Notes: generated from the sequence alone by a model not told the origin. A stretch of DNA of 64,000 nucleotides from Felis catus (GCF_018350175.1 NC_058368.1:120778001-120842000); one strand, 5' to 3'; numbered from the stretch's first letter, positions 50,691 to 64,000 are shown. A program made the numbers and translations.

Positions 50691-53619
50691 ATATGACTAA
50701 AAAATTATATGGAGCACCTCTCACACTTGATCATTACCTGAAAGGAGGTCTGACCCTGTAGTTGAGAAACACTGACCTGCAGGATTGTGTCTGTGAGTCT
50801 TTTTAAGTTGCACTGGATACTGCTAATTCGAAACCAGGCAATTTGGGGAGAAAAATCGTAACTGGTGACACTAAAACCCTCATGCCTTGCTGAGCAACAG
50901 CATTTGCTCTTTGGAATAATGACTAGAATAATGGTGTTTTCCCTGATGATGTGGTATGTGACTGGCCCTCAATTTATCTTGTACAGGACACAGGTGATGC
51001 ACTCAAGTTTGCTGGTAGCTCAAAGGTTAATGTAAAATCACAAGATCACTCTCATGTGACTCTCAGCCTCCTTCATCTGGCTAGGGATCCTATACTGCAT
51101 GGGCAGAATAATTACTACATCTTTCAATTAAACATGTTTATCTGAAATGTTGGAGCATGATGCTCACATGGATGGAATCAGGATTTGAACACCTACCAAT
51201 GTGTGAACTCAAGGAGGAAAAGGATGAGACATGGCAGGCACCAGGTATCCACTGTGCAATAGAGGGGGTCATAGAATGGTTAAGTAATGGGAGCAAAAAT
51301 GTAAGAGACTTGTCTGACTGCATTAAGACAAATCTATACCTGTGGATGGAAATGCGATCATCCTTCCCACTCCCCTGCCTAAAAGCAATATCAATTTGGG
51401 ACAAAAATGACCTGAAAATCTAAGTTAAGTATCAAATAAATGTTTACATTGGATCTATACACTGTAAGACATCATGCTCAGCACTAGAAAAACAGGGGAA
51501 GAACACATGAAAAGGTACCTGGCCACTTTCAGCTTATGGTATGGCCTAGACAAATGTTTGATGACATCGACCATGAATTCTGGCTCCCATGAAAGGAGCA
51601 GGACAGGGTGTTAGGACAGCATTTTTGACAAGTGGAGATGGAAAGGCAGACTCAGGAAGGAGTATTTCCATTTGGACTGAGACCTGAGTAGGAGTTGGCC
51701 AAGCAAGAGAGAGTTAGGTAAGAAGCAGAGCAAAGTGGTGTTGTCTGGTGTTGTCATGGTGGTGGAGGTGGTTGGTAGGAAAGGAAGGAGGGAATGGGAG
51801 GGACAAGAAATGAATCAGGAGAGATAGGCAGGGTCCACATTATAGAGGGCTTTGCAATTGCTAAGAATAATGGGATTTTAGCATAAAGGCAATGCAGAAT
51901 CACTGAAAGGTTTCAAGCAGGCACTTTGTAAAGCAAGTTTCAGCTGGTGATATAAGAACATGGTAATGCTGATAGCTAGCTCCAGCAATTCAACTCCAAA
52001 ATGAATTCCCTCTGGATCAATTTCCTGGATTATCTGCCTGAATTAGCTTCCTTCTGCGATTGCAGAACATTCCATGTTTAAGATGACACCTGGGTTCACA
52101 GGACAGTTTTGAACACAGGGGCCTGGCTAGTTGAGATGATGAGGAGCATGACAAAAGTAAGACTGAGGACTTTGTTCACTTGTGGTCTGGGTATTTCCCC
52201 CCCCTGTGCTTTGAGAATATTCATCAATCCAGGCTGACTTGTTATCTGAATATCTTAGATGAACATTTATACACCAGTGGACTGCGGAATGAGCTCTGCT
52301 CCGTTTTTAAATAAACCAGTTTGATTATGGGCTTAAGATCAAGGGGTTGGCTGTTTATCGTATAACTCTCCTCCTGACAGAATGTTTTGTAGTTTGGCCG
52401 TCTTGTTCTCTCTTTGCTTCTGGATCTCTTTAGTCCATTGTGATATTATGTAAAAATGGGAAGCCTTGCTACTTACCTGAGTTAAGACATCACAAGGAGC
52501 TGTAATAGATTCTTGGAGCACTGCAGTCTTTATCTGAATGTTTAGCAGTCTCAAAATGACTCTGGGCCTACCACAAAATATTTGTAAATGGCCCATATAT
52601 TCAATTCAATAGGGGAATAGGGACAATTACAATTTGGAAAATGATTCTCTGAACTTACTCAATAATTAATGATGTACCAAATATCTATTTTATAGAGGGT
52701 TGTCTTGTAGGTGCAAGGTAGGATTAGACGTAAGCCAGGTAAGGCTCTGCCTTTAAACCTAGAGGAGAAATGGGGAGAGAATCAAGAGAGAATGAACACT
52801 CTGCTAAAACATGAATGATGTTCCCTTGATAATTTATGAGTGGTTAGTGTCATGAAACTTGCTCAGCACTCCTCCTTAGATAAAGGAAAATTTGTCTCTG
52901 TTTCTTTCCTGTGTGCTTCCATATGAGAGGTTAAGAGGTTCTTTCTTATTAATTTAGCATCCAAAGATACTTGGGTGAGTCAGTGATTCACTATAACCAG
53001 CGTCCATAGACAGTTCTATTTCCTTTTTCTGATTTTAAATGGATGCAGGCCACACGGTTAAATTACATATTCAGTACACCCAATACTTGACTCCTCCTGT
53101 TATGGCTTGACAGTATCCTTAAATTTCAGTGGACCAGAAAATACAATTGCACAATTGTTACTCTGACCAAGAACTATAAAATTGATGGATGAAGTGATAA
53201 GGATTAGCTAGGATGACATAACCACCAACTCATAACACCCATGAGTACTATGTCTTTCTTATTAAAATCTAACGATGGTAAATCCTCTCCTTCCAAACTA
53301 ATAATTTATATGGATCATATATATGGATATCGATCCTCCCTCCTGGGAAGTTTACAAATTATCACTTAGTGACAACTGTACGCATGATAATAATCACATT
53401 ATATACACCTCCTTGTATCTTTCTGGTGTTTTCACACTTTTCGGAGCACTGTAAAGTGCATTTATGGCAGCTTGATATTCACACCCCTCTAAGACTGACT
53501 AGATACTAATTCTCCTGTTTTACTCATGAAAACTTAGAGGCACAGAGTGAGGAGATGAGTCACTCATGGTCCACACAGCTGATGAGTGTCAGCACTAGGG
53601 CTAGAACTAGGTCTTCTGA

Positions 53620-54010
53620 TGAGCACATTGCTAAGTGAAATAAATCAGTCAGAGTCAGAGAAAGATAGATATCATATGTTTTCACTCATATGTGGAACTT
53701 GAGAAACTTAACAGAAGACCATGGGGGAAGAGAAGGGTGAAAATAGTTTCAAACAGAGAGGGAGGAAAACCATAAGCGTCTCAAACACACAGAACAAACT
53801 GAGGGTTGATGGGGGGTGGCGGAGGAAGAGGGGAAAATGGGTAACGGGCATTGAGGAGAATACTTGTTGGGATGAGCAATGGGTGTCGTATGTAAGTGAT
53901 GAATCACAGGAATCTACCCTGGAAACCCAGAGCACACTGTGTAGACTGTATGTTAGCTAACTTGACAATAAATTATATTTAAAAAATAATAAAAATATAA
54001 ATAAATAAAT
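53620..54010 (+). mobile_element. 5'-truncated felid/carnivore L1 3' end
   Basis: gctaagtgaaataaatcagtcagag...cttgacaataaattatattt plus A-rich tail; homologous to the reverse complement of 21870-22160. Confidence 0.9.
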
Positions 54011-54011
54011 A

Positions 54012-54220
54012 CATAGACCTTAGCTGGAATCAAGTCCTAGCCCTACCACTACCAACTGCAAACTTGCTCAAAATTTATAACCCCTTGAACTCTTGGTTTT
54101 CTCAGCTATAAGATGGACTTAACTATAAAATCTACTTCTTGGCACATTTGTGAGGATTCAGGAAGTTGATGGATGTGCAGTGTTTAGTGTTCTGTCCATC
54201 ACATAGTAAGCACTCTAACA
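54012..54220 (+). mobile_element. MIR relic
   Basis: caagtcctagccctaccactacc...ttggttttctcagctataagatgg...ttgtgaggatt...acatagtaagcactc. Confidence 0.6.
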
Positions 54221-55169
54221 CAATTAGGTAACACTAGGTCTAGATCCTGGTCTGAATTACAGTATAGTCTATAAGTATGACATGTTGAAACTTCAGCAAA
54301 TAAATAAGATAGGGAAGTATTACCATCTTAAAACTATTTCTGCATTTAACAGCATGCAACTCTCATTCACCAGAGCTGTTTTCATCAGCAGGGACTACTG
54401 AGTCTCTTTCCTTCTTTTTTCTTTTCTTTTTTTTTTTTCTTTTTTATGGCAAAGGTTTAGCTTTTCACACATCTTGCACAGCAAGCTGTGGTGATTGTTC
54501 CAAGTTGGCCCCATTTACCTTTGATTCTCGAGAGGGGAAAAAAAAAGCTAGACATATCTGAGCACGCTTGAAAGGCTGGCAGCCTGAGACTGGATTTGTA
54601 CTTGGTTCATATTTCTACCACTTGCAGCCCCACCAAACTGTTACTTAAAAGGGCCTGGACATTTTCTGAAAAGCTTTGCAGGTAACTGTGGTCAGTCTAG
54701 ATGGGGTGGGACACTTGCTTTTAGCATGTGACAAATGTAGGACATACTTTCTTTAGGATTATGCTCTCCTTACAGGAGACTTTTAACGGCAGCAAAGTCA
54801 AGTTGTCCAAATTTTTGCTAAACTGATATAGTACCTGGCATGTGTTATGTCCAAAGTTGCAATTGCAGAACATTGGGACATTTAGTGAGAAAGATTGGTG
54901 GTTTAATTGAAATGAGTATCCCTACACTGGGAATAAAAGTTACCCCTCTTCAGTTACTCCCATTTTTCTTTGAGTTTCCTATAGTTCACTCATTGGTGTA
55001 TGCACTTATTTATCCTTACATTCTAATAGTTGTTGATGATAGAAACCCAATGATGAGCAGAAAGATTGACAGTTCTTGACTTTAAGACACTTATTTCCAA
55101 TGTGAGAGATAGATATTAAAGAAATAGCACATAATTTTATACTTATTGTCTGTTAAATTCAAAGGTCCA

Positions 55170-55610
55170 TTAAAAAGAGTCCAAATATCCATCAACAGAT
55201 GAATGCTGGTATATCCATCCATGGGAATATTATTCATCAGTAAAATGAAGTACCTGGTACATGCTACAATATGGATGACCCTTGAACACATGTTGTCAAA
55301 TGAAAGAAGTTGGATATGAATGTTATATACACTTCCTTGTATTGTATTTATTTATATGAAATATCCGGAATAGGGAGATTCATTAAAACTGAAGTACATT
55401 AGTGTTGGCCTACTGTTAGAGAGGTTGGGGGAAAATGGGTACTGACCTCTGATGTGTATAGATAACATTTCTTTTTGAGGTGACAGAGGTGTTTTAAAAT
55501 TGAATATGTTAATGGTTGTAAAATTCTGTGAATGAATTAAAAACTATTAAAACATGCACTTGGAATGGATGAACTGAAGGGTATGTGAATTATATCCTAA
55601 TAAAGCCATT
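55170..55610 (+). mobile_element. Ancient L1MB-type 3' end
   Basis: ccaaatatccatcaacagatgaat...catgctacaatatggatgacccttgaa...gtatgtgaattatatcctaataaagc. Confidence 0.7.
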
Positions 55611-56809
55611 ATTGGTACAATAGCAAAAGATCTGTGAACGCACACAAGAAGGTAACCTAATCTCTTCTGCAGAGCCAGAGAAGGCTGCCCTGAGGAGGTG
55701 ATGTCTGAGTGCAGTTCTGTAGGATGGGCAGAAATTATTTAAGTAAAAGGTGATTGGGAAGATGAGGGAAGAATGTTCCTAGCAGAAGACCTTTGGAGCA
55801 GAGTAAGTGCACAAAGAAGGCCAGAGCAAAGAGCTTTGGGAGCCAGAAGGGAATGGTACAAGGTGGGCTGGAGAGATCATCATGATGACCATGTACTATG
55901 GGTAGAGGGTGTTCCAGATACAATGTATGTGCCATCTAATGTAACCTACACCATGATCCCATGAGGTCAGAATAGTTACAGGCAAGGCAGATGATACTGA
56001 GCTCTACAAATGATGTTCAAGTTTTTCTTGATCCTAAAAGAATAGGAAGGTAGGGAAGAAAACATGGGCAAGGTATGATAAGGTTTGTATTTTAAAGATC
56101 CCTCTATGCTGTTGTTTAAAGAATGTTAGAATTAAAGGTGTCATAACCTTCAAGCTTTAGCACAGGGGACTATAGTCCTGACCTTCTACAAGCTAATTTC
56201 CTTTGTAATCTGTTAAATTAGTGGATGGACAGCCTGGAGGAGTGGACCTCTTCAGAAGGCTGGCACAGTGTCTTACACATAATTTAAGAACTGTTTGACA
56301 AATGAATGGACCCCTCTATTGGATCAGCTTTACATCAGTGACCTGCCTCCCGTGGGACAGAGCATTAAGTTCTGTCAATTATCTTCCTTCACATACCAGG
56401 CTGTTGGGAAAAAGAACTGTTGCCTGGCTTTATTAATCTGGGTACCTTGAGGCACAAAAGGGTTCAGGGTGTGGGTCTGGAGTCATATAGATTCTGACTC
56501 TAGAATTACAAACCAGGCATTTGTCGCAAGTCAGGCCTGATGAGTCAGCAGCAGAGAAGAGCCAGTGGTTGCCTAAAATCATCATTATGGGAGGGTTCCA
56601 TAACATTTCCTATTTCTGGGAGGTCTTGGCCATTAGGTATGAGTGCTGCACTTGATGGAGAAGGTTCTCAACTGAGAACAAAAGTCAGGAAAGAGCTGAC
56701 ATTCTAAGTTGAGAGAAGTGCCTTTTGGTGAGAGGACCCATTTCAGACGCATCAGGGCTACCACCTCAGAGGAAGACAATAAGGTAGATAGAGGGTTATG
56801 TTTGGAGGG

Positions 56810-57214
56810 CCTCTGAGTGTCCTATTGCTCCTATAAGAAATTACCCCCAACACGTGGCTGCCAACAGCTCAAATTTATTACATCACAGTGCCAGAAGTCA
56901 GAAGTCTCCTTCCTTTTTTGGCCTAGGGCCCCCTTCCTACTCTTTAAAACCAGCAGTGTTGGGTTTAGTCCTTCTCATGCTGTAATCTCTTTGTTTCTCT
57001 CTCTTCTGTATCCCTATTCCACTATTAAGAACCTTGTGATTACATTGGGCCCATTAGGATAATCCAGAACAACCCCTCTATTTTAGAGTCACCTGATTAA
57101 CAACCTTAATTCCACCTACAACATTAATTCCCATTTTCTGTGTAGCATAACACATTTAAAGTTTCCAAAGATAGGACATGGACTTCTTTGGGGCCCATAA
57201 TTCTGTATACCACA
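56810..57214 (-). mobile_element. MaLR solo LTR (MLT1D-like)
   Basis: ccttgtgattacattgggcccattaggataatccag...ttctgtataccaca; 5-bp direct repeat gaggg at 56805-56809 and 57215-57219. Confidence 0.75.
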
Positions 57215-58049
57215 GAGGGAGTGAAGATTTTATGGCATGGCAATTACGTGTACCCACTGTCTTCCTCTTGGAGGTAGAGATTTCACATGGGCCCTTACAC
57301 TGCCCTCCTAAAAGATGGAAGGTGCCTGAAAAAATCTCTTCAATTATTTGAGGACTGGTTTTTATCTTCTGTTTGAATGTTGCCAGAGGCAGAGTACTGG
57401 AGGCTGCTGGAATATGGACAAAAGGATAGTAGAGGATGGAGTGATAGAGTTGTGTGTGTTGGGAGAGGTAAAGAGAAGGCCGTCCCTGTTGACACTATAA
57501 GGTATGGAAGAATGTGTGAATTCCATTTGGGATGAGTGGAAACCTTAGAAGGTGGCCTGTTTTTCCCTATATATGCCCTCGCCCCAGGGAGGGAAATCTG
57601 TTGGGCTATCTATACAAGAACAGCAAGAGGTTGTGGGTTGGGTTACCCAGGAGAGAGCTGGTGTTGGATCTGGTGTTGAAGACGTTGAGCTATGTCTCCC
57701 ATGGAGAGGAATATTCACAAAGTGTACTCCACAAGAATTTGGATCCCATCTATAGAGAGGAAACTGATTTATATAAAGCCTCAGAGAACATCAACAGCCA
57801 GCTTGGAGGTAAGGGAACCCTACTCAGAGCAATGACACAGGAGATTAAAACTACTTTCCGGCCAACACCACAGGCTATAGGCTCCAGTAAGGAGGGAGAG
57901 GATGAGTAGACCACACCCTTCCCCTGCAACATAAGTCAAAAGAGCCAAGGATGTTTATTCAGCACTGAGGATGGTAAGAGGAGGTGGGGAAGTTATTAGT
58001 AAAATAAAATCATTTAATGTTTGAACCAATCCAAAGTTGAAACTTAAAA

Positions 58050-58270
58050 TAATTATAATAATGATAGGTAACCCTTAAATAACATTCAGATGCTATACAC
58101 TGTAGGTGCTTTTTATGTACTCACTTAATCCTTAAAAAATCCTATGAGTTATACAACTTAATCCTATCCATTTGACAGGTGAGTATTTCAAGGCACAAAA
58201 AGAATAAGGAATGTGCCCCACATCACATAGATGTAAGTGGTAGAACTGGGAATTTGAACCCAGGAAATGA
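58050..58270 (-). mobile_element. MIR relic
   Basis: tcacttaatccttaaaaaatcctatgag...gtaagtggtagaactgggaatttgaacccagg. Confidence 0.6.
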
Positions 58271-58379
58271 GGCTGAAATATTAACATTTTCAAAAATTTT
58301 GTTTTAAACATTGGATTACATTTACAGGTAACGAGTATAATAATTTCTTTTCTAAGTCACTTGAGTTCTGTTCTGTCTT

Positions 58380-58830
58380 TTTGATCCATTTATTCGACAA
58401 ATATTTATTAAGAGCCCAGCATTTTTAAGGAAAAGATGAAGCAGGATAAGCACAGGGGAGACTTGTAGGTAATGAAGGAAGAGAGGAAACAGGCCAGATT
58501 ATGTAATGTCTTGGAGCTTCTGTAAGGACTTTAGTGTTATTTATAAGATGGGGTTGCCTTGGGCAGGTATGTAGCACAGGAGGGATATGACTTCACTTCT
58601 GTTTCAAAGTAATTTTTCTGGCTATTGTTTTTAAAATTTCCTAGGGGTGGGGAGGGTCAAGATTACCATGCAAGCAAGACCAGTTAAAAACTGTTATAAT
58701 GGTCCATGAAAGAAATAGTTAACAGCTGGACCAATGGGTAGCAGAGAAGAGAATGAGACATGGACTGATTCTGGATATAATTTGAAGGTAGAGCCTATAT
58801 GATTCATTGATAAGCTGATTTTGAGATCCA
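58380..58830 (-). mobile_element. Ancient L2 fragment
   Basis: catttattcgacaaatatttattaagagc; ggactgattctggatataatttgaaggtagagcc. Confidence 0.55.
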
Positions 58831-58839
58831 AGATAATGG

Positions 58840-59057
58840 AGTTACTATTAATTTTAAGAAAAAGTTAAAACCTGAACGACATAGTTGTGGTTGTACTCAT
58901 TATAATGCTTGTGAAATGCAGATTTATAGTATTTGAAAAAATTACTCAAGTTACTACTAATTTTAAGAAAAAGTTAAAACCTGAAGTACACAGTTGTGGT
59001 TGTACTCATTACAATGCTTGTGAAATGCAGATTTATAGTATTTGAAAAAATTACTCA
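58840..59057. repeat. Tandem direct duplication, 2 x 109 bp
   Basis: 58840-58948 and 58949-59057 align without gaps with 5 substitutions. Confidence 0.97.
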
Positions 59058-59194
59058 TGAACAATTTTTGATAAGGGAGAGGACGAAGAGTGCAAAGTGT
59101 TTTGTTAAAACATACCCATAGGAGTGTTTTCCCAATGTGAATGTTATATTCACATGTCATACTGGAAAAATGATGAGGACCTCTATTCTGGGGT

Positions 59195-59616
59195 GCTTAT
59201 ATGGATTGGAGTCCTAACTTCCAGTTTCTTAAAATGTGACCTTATTTGGAGATAGGATCTGTACATAGGTAAAGAAGTTAAAATGAGATCATTAGGGTAG
59301 GCTCTTACTTAATATGACTGGTGTTCTCATAAAAAGGGGAAATGTGGACACAGGCATACAGGGAGAACACCATGTGAACATGAAGGCAGAGATCTGGGTG
59401 AGAGTTCTCCAGCCCAAGAAGCACCACAGATGGCCAATAAACCACCAGAAGCCAGGAGAGAGGCATGGATCAGATACTCAAAGCCCTCAAAAGGAATAAA
59501 TCCTACCAAAACCTTGCTCTTGGACTTCTAGCCTCTGCAACTATGAGACAACATATTTTTGTTTAAGCCACCCAGTCTGGTGTACTTTGGTATGAAAGCC
59601 ATAACAAATGAATACA
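59195..59616 (+). mobile_element. MaLR solo LTR (MLT1B/C-like)
   Basis: aatgtgaccttatttggagatagg...ggacttctagcctc...tgtttaagccacccagtctggtgtactttg...gaataca. Confidence 0.8.
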
Positions 59617-61158
59617 GTGTCTCTGGATATAGACATTCAAAAGTCTGGAGGGCTGAAGGAAAAACAGTGAGCTGCCAAGGTCTCATCATGATGAGGCTAG
59701 TGCTGAGCTGTCTACTTGCTCGTGACCAAGTGGGTACTGTCACTACAGCACCTAGTGCAATCTCAGGCAAACAGTAAACCCTCAATAAATATTTGTTGTC
59801 TGATGAAGATGTGTCCACTGTATATAAACGCTCAATACGTTGCAGGTACTTAACGAATATGAGTTTCTTTCTCCCGTATCAACAAGCTTGGGTACTGAAA
59901 ACCATTGCAAACTTTATTGGATTTTTTAGATCTTCTAGAGCAAGCCAGAATTGGAAGCAGTTATTTCAGTGTCAGTCTGTCAGATTTTGTAGCCAACAGG
60001 GCCTCTGGTTTTCTCTTATTCCATGTCACTATATCAAGATGCTGTAATTCACCATAGTAATATTAGTTTTTAGGAAGTCTTATAGTCAAGCCTTTATCCT
60101 CATGGACCACAGTACTGAGAAGAGCAGAGAATATACAAATGGAAAGTAAAAATCCTAGCAACATAATTATAGTTCTTTAAAAATGATAATTAAGGGATAG
60201 GTCCCCCTGGACGTGTTCTATTAAAGAGTTTAAGTTTAGAATTTCTTCCTTCATAAACCCAGGTTTTCTTATGACCTCTAATCAATTAGTGCATTCCCTC
60301 TTTGTTAATTCATCTGTAAGAATGAGGAGTATTTTAACTACCTTGATTTCTTGGACCTGTTTTAAAATTATTTTGAACTTAATTTATTGAATTAAATTTC
60401 ATAGATACAAACTCTTCTTGACAGCTTTTCAGTCTGCACCTTTTGTCCCTCCAAGGGTCATAACTGTTGAGGGTGCTATCTGATGTTCTGGGTAATGATG
60501 TAATTGATAACCTTTGTAAAGCTTTGACAGTGTTTCTTGGAAGCTTCATGAAGGAAGCATGCAAATGGGAAAAAAAAAGTTTCAAATAGCAATAGACCAG
60601 AAGGAGCAGACTGCCATGTTTCTTTATGATAGCAGCAATAAAATATATGCCAATTCCAGTGAGCTGAATAAATCTTTGTTCCGAGATGGTGGCTGAGTGG
60701 CAGGCACAGTGTGTAACAGCCTGTGCCAGGTTTCCCAGTGACCCGGTGAATCCTGTTGGAGAGTAATATTGTGCTAACACACAGACAATGATTGGCTGCC
60801 CACATTGTTCATAAATAAAAGCAGCTGGCTGCAACAAAAGTCTAAGTAGCTGAGGCATCATCATTATTTATGAGGCAAGCCTGGTAGAAGAAGAAGGCTC
60901 TAAAAGTGTAATAGCAAACACCATCTTTCCCCCAAGAAAAGGAGGAGACAATCCTAAAATAGAAAAGAGGCCAGTGTCACATGTATTTTCATGTTATCAT
61001 CTTAATCTTACATATGGTAAATAGTATAAAATCATTATCATAATGCAGACCTTGCAAGTTCTCCCTGGAGCAAGTTTGTCATGATTCCTGTTCTAATTGG
61101 TTGGTTTAGAGAAAAGTCATCCCATTATTGACTTCTAGTCATTGAAAAAAGACATGGA

Positions 61159-61384
61159 GGGGCGCCTGGGTGGCGCAGTCGGTTAAGTGTCCGACTTCAG
61201 CCAGGTCACGATCTCGCGGTCCGTGAGTTTGAGCCCCGCGTCGGGCTCTGGGCTGATGACTCAGAGCCTGGAGCCTGTTTCTGATTCTGTGTCTCCCTCT
61301 TTCTCTGCCCCTCCCCCATTCATGCTCTGTCTCTCTCTGTCCCAAAAACAAATAAACGTTGAAAAAAAAATTAAAAAAAAAAAA
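61159..61384 (+). mobile_element. Young felid Can-SINE
   Basis: Perfect 15-bp TSD gaaaaaagacatgga at 61144-61158 and 61385-61399; long A tail. Confidence 0.97.
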
Positions 61385-62171
61385 GAAAAAAGACATGGAT
61401 AGCCAAATCTTGAATATTTTCTCCCTTAATTGCACTGATAGGGCTAATAGTTGATACATGATGATAAGTCTGTGATAGACCATCCTATCTGCTGGGGGAC
61501 TGAGAGTAAGCATTCTGTTTTTTGGCTGTGGCCATTCCATTGTGGAGGATCTCTACTAGAGTGTAATTGGCCTCTTTCTTACTCCATTGCTCACTTTCTC
61601 CCAAGGGATTGAGTAGTTTGGTTGGTGAGTTTGGGAGTAGCACCTAGGCATTCATGGCTCAACTTTTTTTTTATCTCCCTTGCCTTTGGGAAGAACTCTG
61701 GCAGCTGGAAGCATTCCTTCTGTGCTTCTCCTTTCTGCCATAAGTACTACAGAAGCAGACCTTTGTGGGGAAGGCCCAATGTTGTCCAGAATTATCAGTA
61801 GCTATGAGTCGACAAGTCTGCCTAAATGAGGGGGTGAAGTATCACTGAACCCAACTGTCTTCCAAACTTAGCAATTTCTCCACTATCAGGTTTATTGGTA
61901 GTAAAGTTGATATTTTAATCTTTCCTGTATGGACTTCTGTGATTATCTCCCAAATGGCTCTCAATTTTGATTGAGGAAGTAGAGATGCTATTTATTATTA
62001 TTACTATTAAAACTCCAATCTCCTATAAAAATGATATATATGTTTTGGCCATAGAAGGAGATAACTTGAAAGAAATTCTATCATTAAGCTTACATCTGAT
62101 GTAAGTAATACATGTTTATTATAGAAAAATCAGAAAACAAAGATAACAAAATAAATATAAAACTTCCTTAA

Positions 62172-62367
62172 TTTTTTTTTTAATGTTCATTTATTTTTGA
62201 AAGAGAAAGAGACAGATGGCAAGCAGGGGAGGGGAAGAATCCAAAGCAGGCTCCAGGCTCTGAGCTGTCAGCACAGAGTCCAATGTGGGGCTCAAGCTCA
62301 TGAATCACAAGATCATGACCTGAGCCGAAGTCAAACACTTAAACAACTGAGTCAACCCAGGCACCCC
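62172..62367 (-). mobile_element. Can-SINE
   Basis: gcaggctccaggctctgagctgtcagcacagag...cccaggcacccc. Confidence 0.9.
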
Positions 62368-62889
62368 ACTTTTTTTAACTTTTTAAAACTTATTTTCTGT
62401 ACTTTTTCAGATGACTCTCCTTTTGGTAACTTTTTCTTCTCTCTCTTCTCTATATATTCTCTACTTCTTTTTTCATTTTTGTGCTGTCTCAATTGCTTCC
62501 CAGAGGAGTACATGAATGAAGTGGCAAAGGGCTCATGTTGGGGACATTCCCCTTGTGTCATAATCCAATTCCTCAATTGGCTGTTTCTTCTGATGGACTT
62601 GGAAGAGTAGGTATGTAGCTTACCTGACAAGAAAGACATACATAGAAACATTTGTAATTTGATAAAATATTAAGAATATGTCACTTATAAGGTCCTCTGT
62701 ATCCCATAATCTCTTGCCTCCTAATTCTCTGGTTTTGTTTTGTTTTGCTTTGTTTTTGGCCCTGGTTTCATGAGGGTACTGGGGTTATTTTGCCGTAGCT
62801 TTCCCCATTGTCAGACTATTTGGAGGCCTGGTGTCTTGATATGTATAACAGAAGCCTATTGGTTTTGTTGTCCAGTTTCATTGGATTTT

Positions 62890-63335
62890 TCTTCTCTTAA
62901 TAGCATCCTATTCCCCCAAAAGAATACTCTGTTTCCTGTTCTTTGACCTAATCTTCAAGTAGAGTGGATTCCATTCTAAAGCTCCAGGGTGGCCACGTGA
63001 TCATGCTAGGTATTTACAGCATTATATTTCCCTAGACACATTGATTGTTTCAGAGATGGACCCAGGACTTAGTAAGAGCTAGTGAGACTTGGAGAAACTT
63101 GTGCTCAGATTTAGACCCATTAGCGTGTGGGCCTGGAATGGCTGTCGGCCATCTTGCTGCCATAAGGAGCCCGCATATGAAGCATGTGAATGCAGAGTTG
63201 AGGATGACATCATCTGAAATCGTGAGTCCAGACACAGATATACTCCTGGATTTTTTTAGTTAAGTGACCCAGTAAATTTCTATTTTTGCTTGAACCATTT
63301 ATTTTTGTCTCTTACAACCAAAAAGGTCCTAAGAA
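62890..63335 (+). mobile_element. Ancient MaLR LTR (MLT1J/K-like)
   Basis: gattgtttcagagatgg...ggccatcttgctgcca...ccagtaaatttctatttttgcttgaacc...ttacaaccaaaaaggtcctaa. Confidence 0.5.
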
Positions 63336-64000
63336 GGTCTGTGTGAGCAAAAGAATTGATGTATCTGCCAGCTGACTAGAAGTGACCAAGCTTCTTGGCT
63401 TATAGCTGCCTAGATTACTGATTTGGCAATTGTCTGCAGTACATGAGAGGTTAAATACACCTTTTCTGAAGGTTTAGCTTTTGAGATTTATAGTTGAATT
63501 GGGCTAAAATATAATATTTAGCTATTCAAGCTGGCAGCAAAGACACTTGATTTGATGTAGCAAGCAGTGCCAGTGTCAGAACTAATAAATGATTCCATGT
63601 CAAAACAATAACAGGGCAAATCACCTGGAAGGGCAATTCAATCACTTCGGACTTATCGCCACTGGCAAAGGGAGCACTAAGCCACCTGCCTTCCTTTGCT
63701 AGACATAGTTTTGGGTAAAGCTGAGCTGGCAACCGATTTAGGTTTAGAAAATGGCTTTCGGAAATCAGTGCTGTCTTAATGGCAGAAATGCTCTTGTAAT
63801 GATTTTCTAAAAAGTAACAGAAACATTGTGAAGCTTTGGGGTGTTAGGGATAAAAAAAGATGAAGGCCTCTTGGGGAGGAATTTGTGAGCTTGAATTAGG
63901 AAAGGAGCTTCTTTTATTTATTTCCTCCTTCAATTTGAGTATTTATTCAATGCATTCTAAGTGTCAGGCATTGGGTTTTAACAGTGATCTGTACAGATGC

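Noticed and set aside
51157..51423. 88-aa ORF with protein-like composition
   Set aside because: No recognisable family or splice context; could be chance or an ancient LINE relic, so not supportable.
57240..58050. Possible ancient Gypsy-like LTR or 125-aa ORF
   Set aside because: Only a vague resemblance; no termini, TSD or protein motif that I can verify.
58840..59057. CRISPR-like array
   Set aside because: Two contiguous 109-bp copies with no spacers in a mammalian context; no cas genes.
60379..60864. 161-aa minus-strand ORF
   Set aside because: No recognisable domain or exon structure; length is within chance expectation for 64 kb in six frames.
9273..61384. tRNA genes suggested by A-box/B-box-like motifs (tggcgcagtcgg, gttcgagccc)
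   Set aside because: All are tRNA-derived heads of Can-SINEs followed by CT tracts, aataaa, A tails and TSDs.
63655..63682. CTCF-like agggagcacta
   Set aside because: Only the 3' half matches the motif.

Overview
Mammalian genomic DNA, almost certainly felid (cat-like), judged from felid-type Can-SINEs and carnivore/felid LINE-1 sequence. The window is repeat-dominated, and I find no supportable host protein-coding gene, RNA gene or prokaryote-type system. The 7-34.6 kb segment is a dense, nested LINE-1 cluster. A full-length but inactivated young felid L1 (21868-27783, minus, 12-bp TSD) sits inside ORF1 of an older carnivore L1 (19088-29725), which sits inside an ancient L1M. A second young 5'-truncated L1 (13302-17097) appears to replace part of another older L1. 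A plus-strand 5'UTR+ORF1-only L1 (7108-10735) carries an ERV1-like solo LTR with a 4-bp TSD. About 19 Can-SINEs (many with readable TSDs), ancient L2/MIR/MLT1/LTR16/hAT relics, microsatellites and a 109-bp tandem duplication make up most of the rest. The long ORFs in the track are L1 ORF1/ORF2 fragments or their antisense shadows. The best leads are retrotransposon archaeology plus a candidate antisense ORF and a CTCF/NRF1-like cassette in L1 5'UTRs. I do not see a convincing new biological system. Repeat subfamily names and boundaries of old elements are by-eye estimates, not database results.
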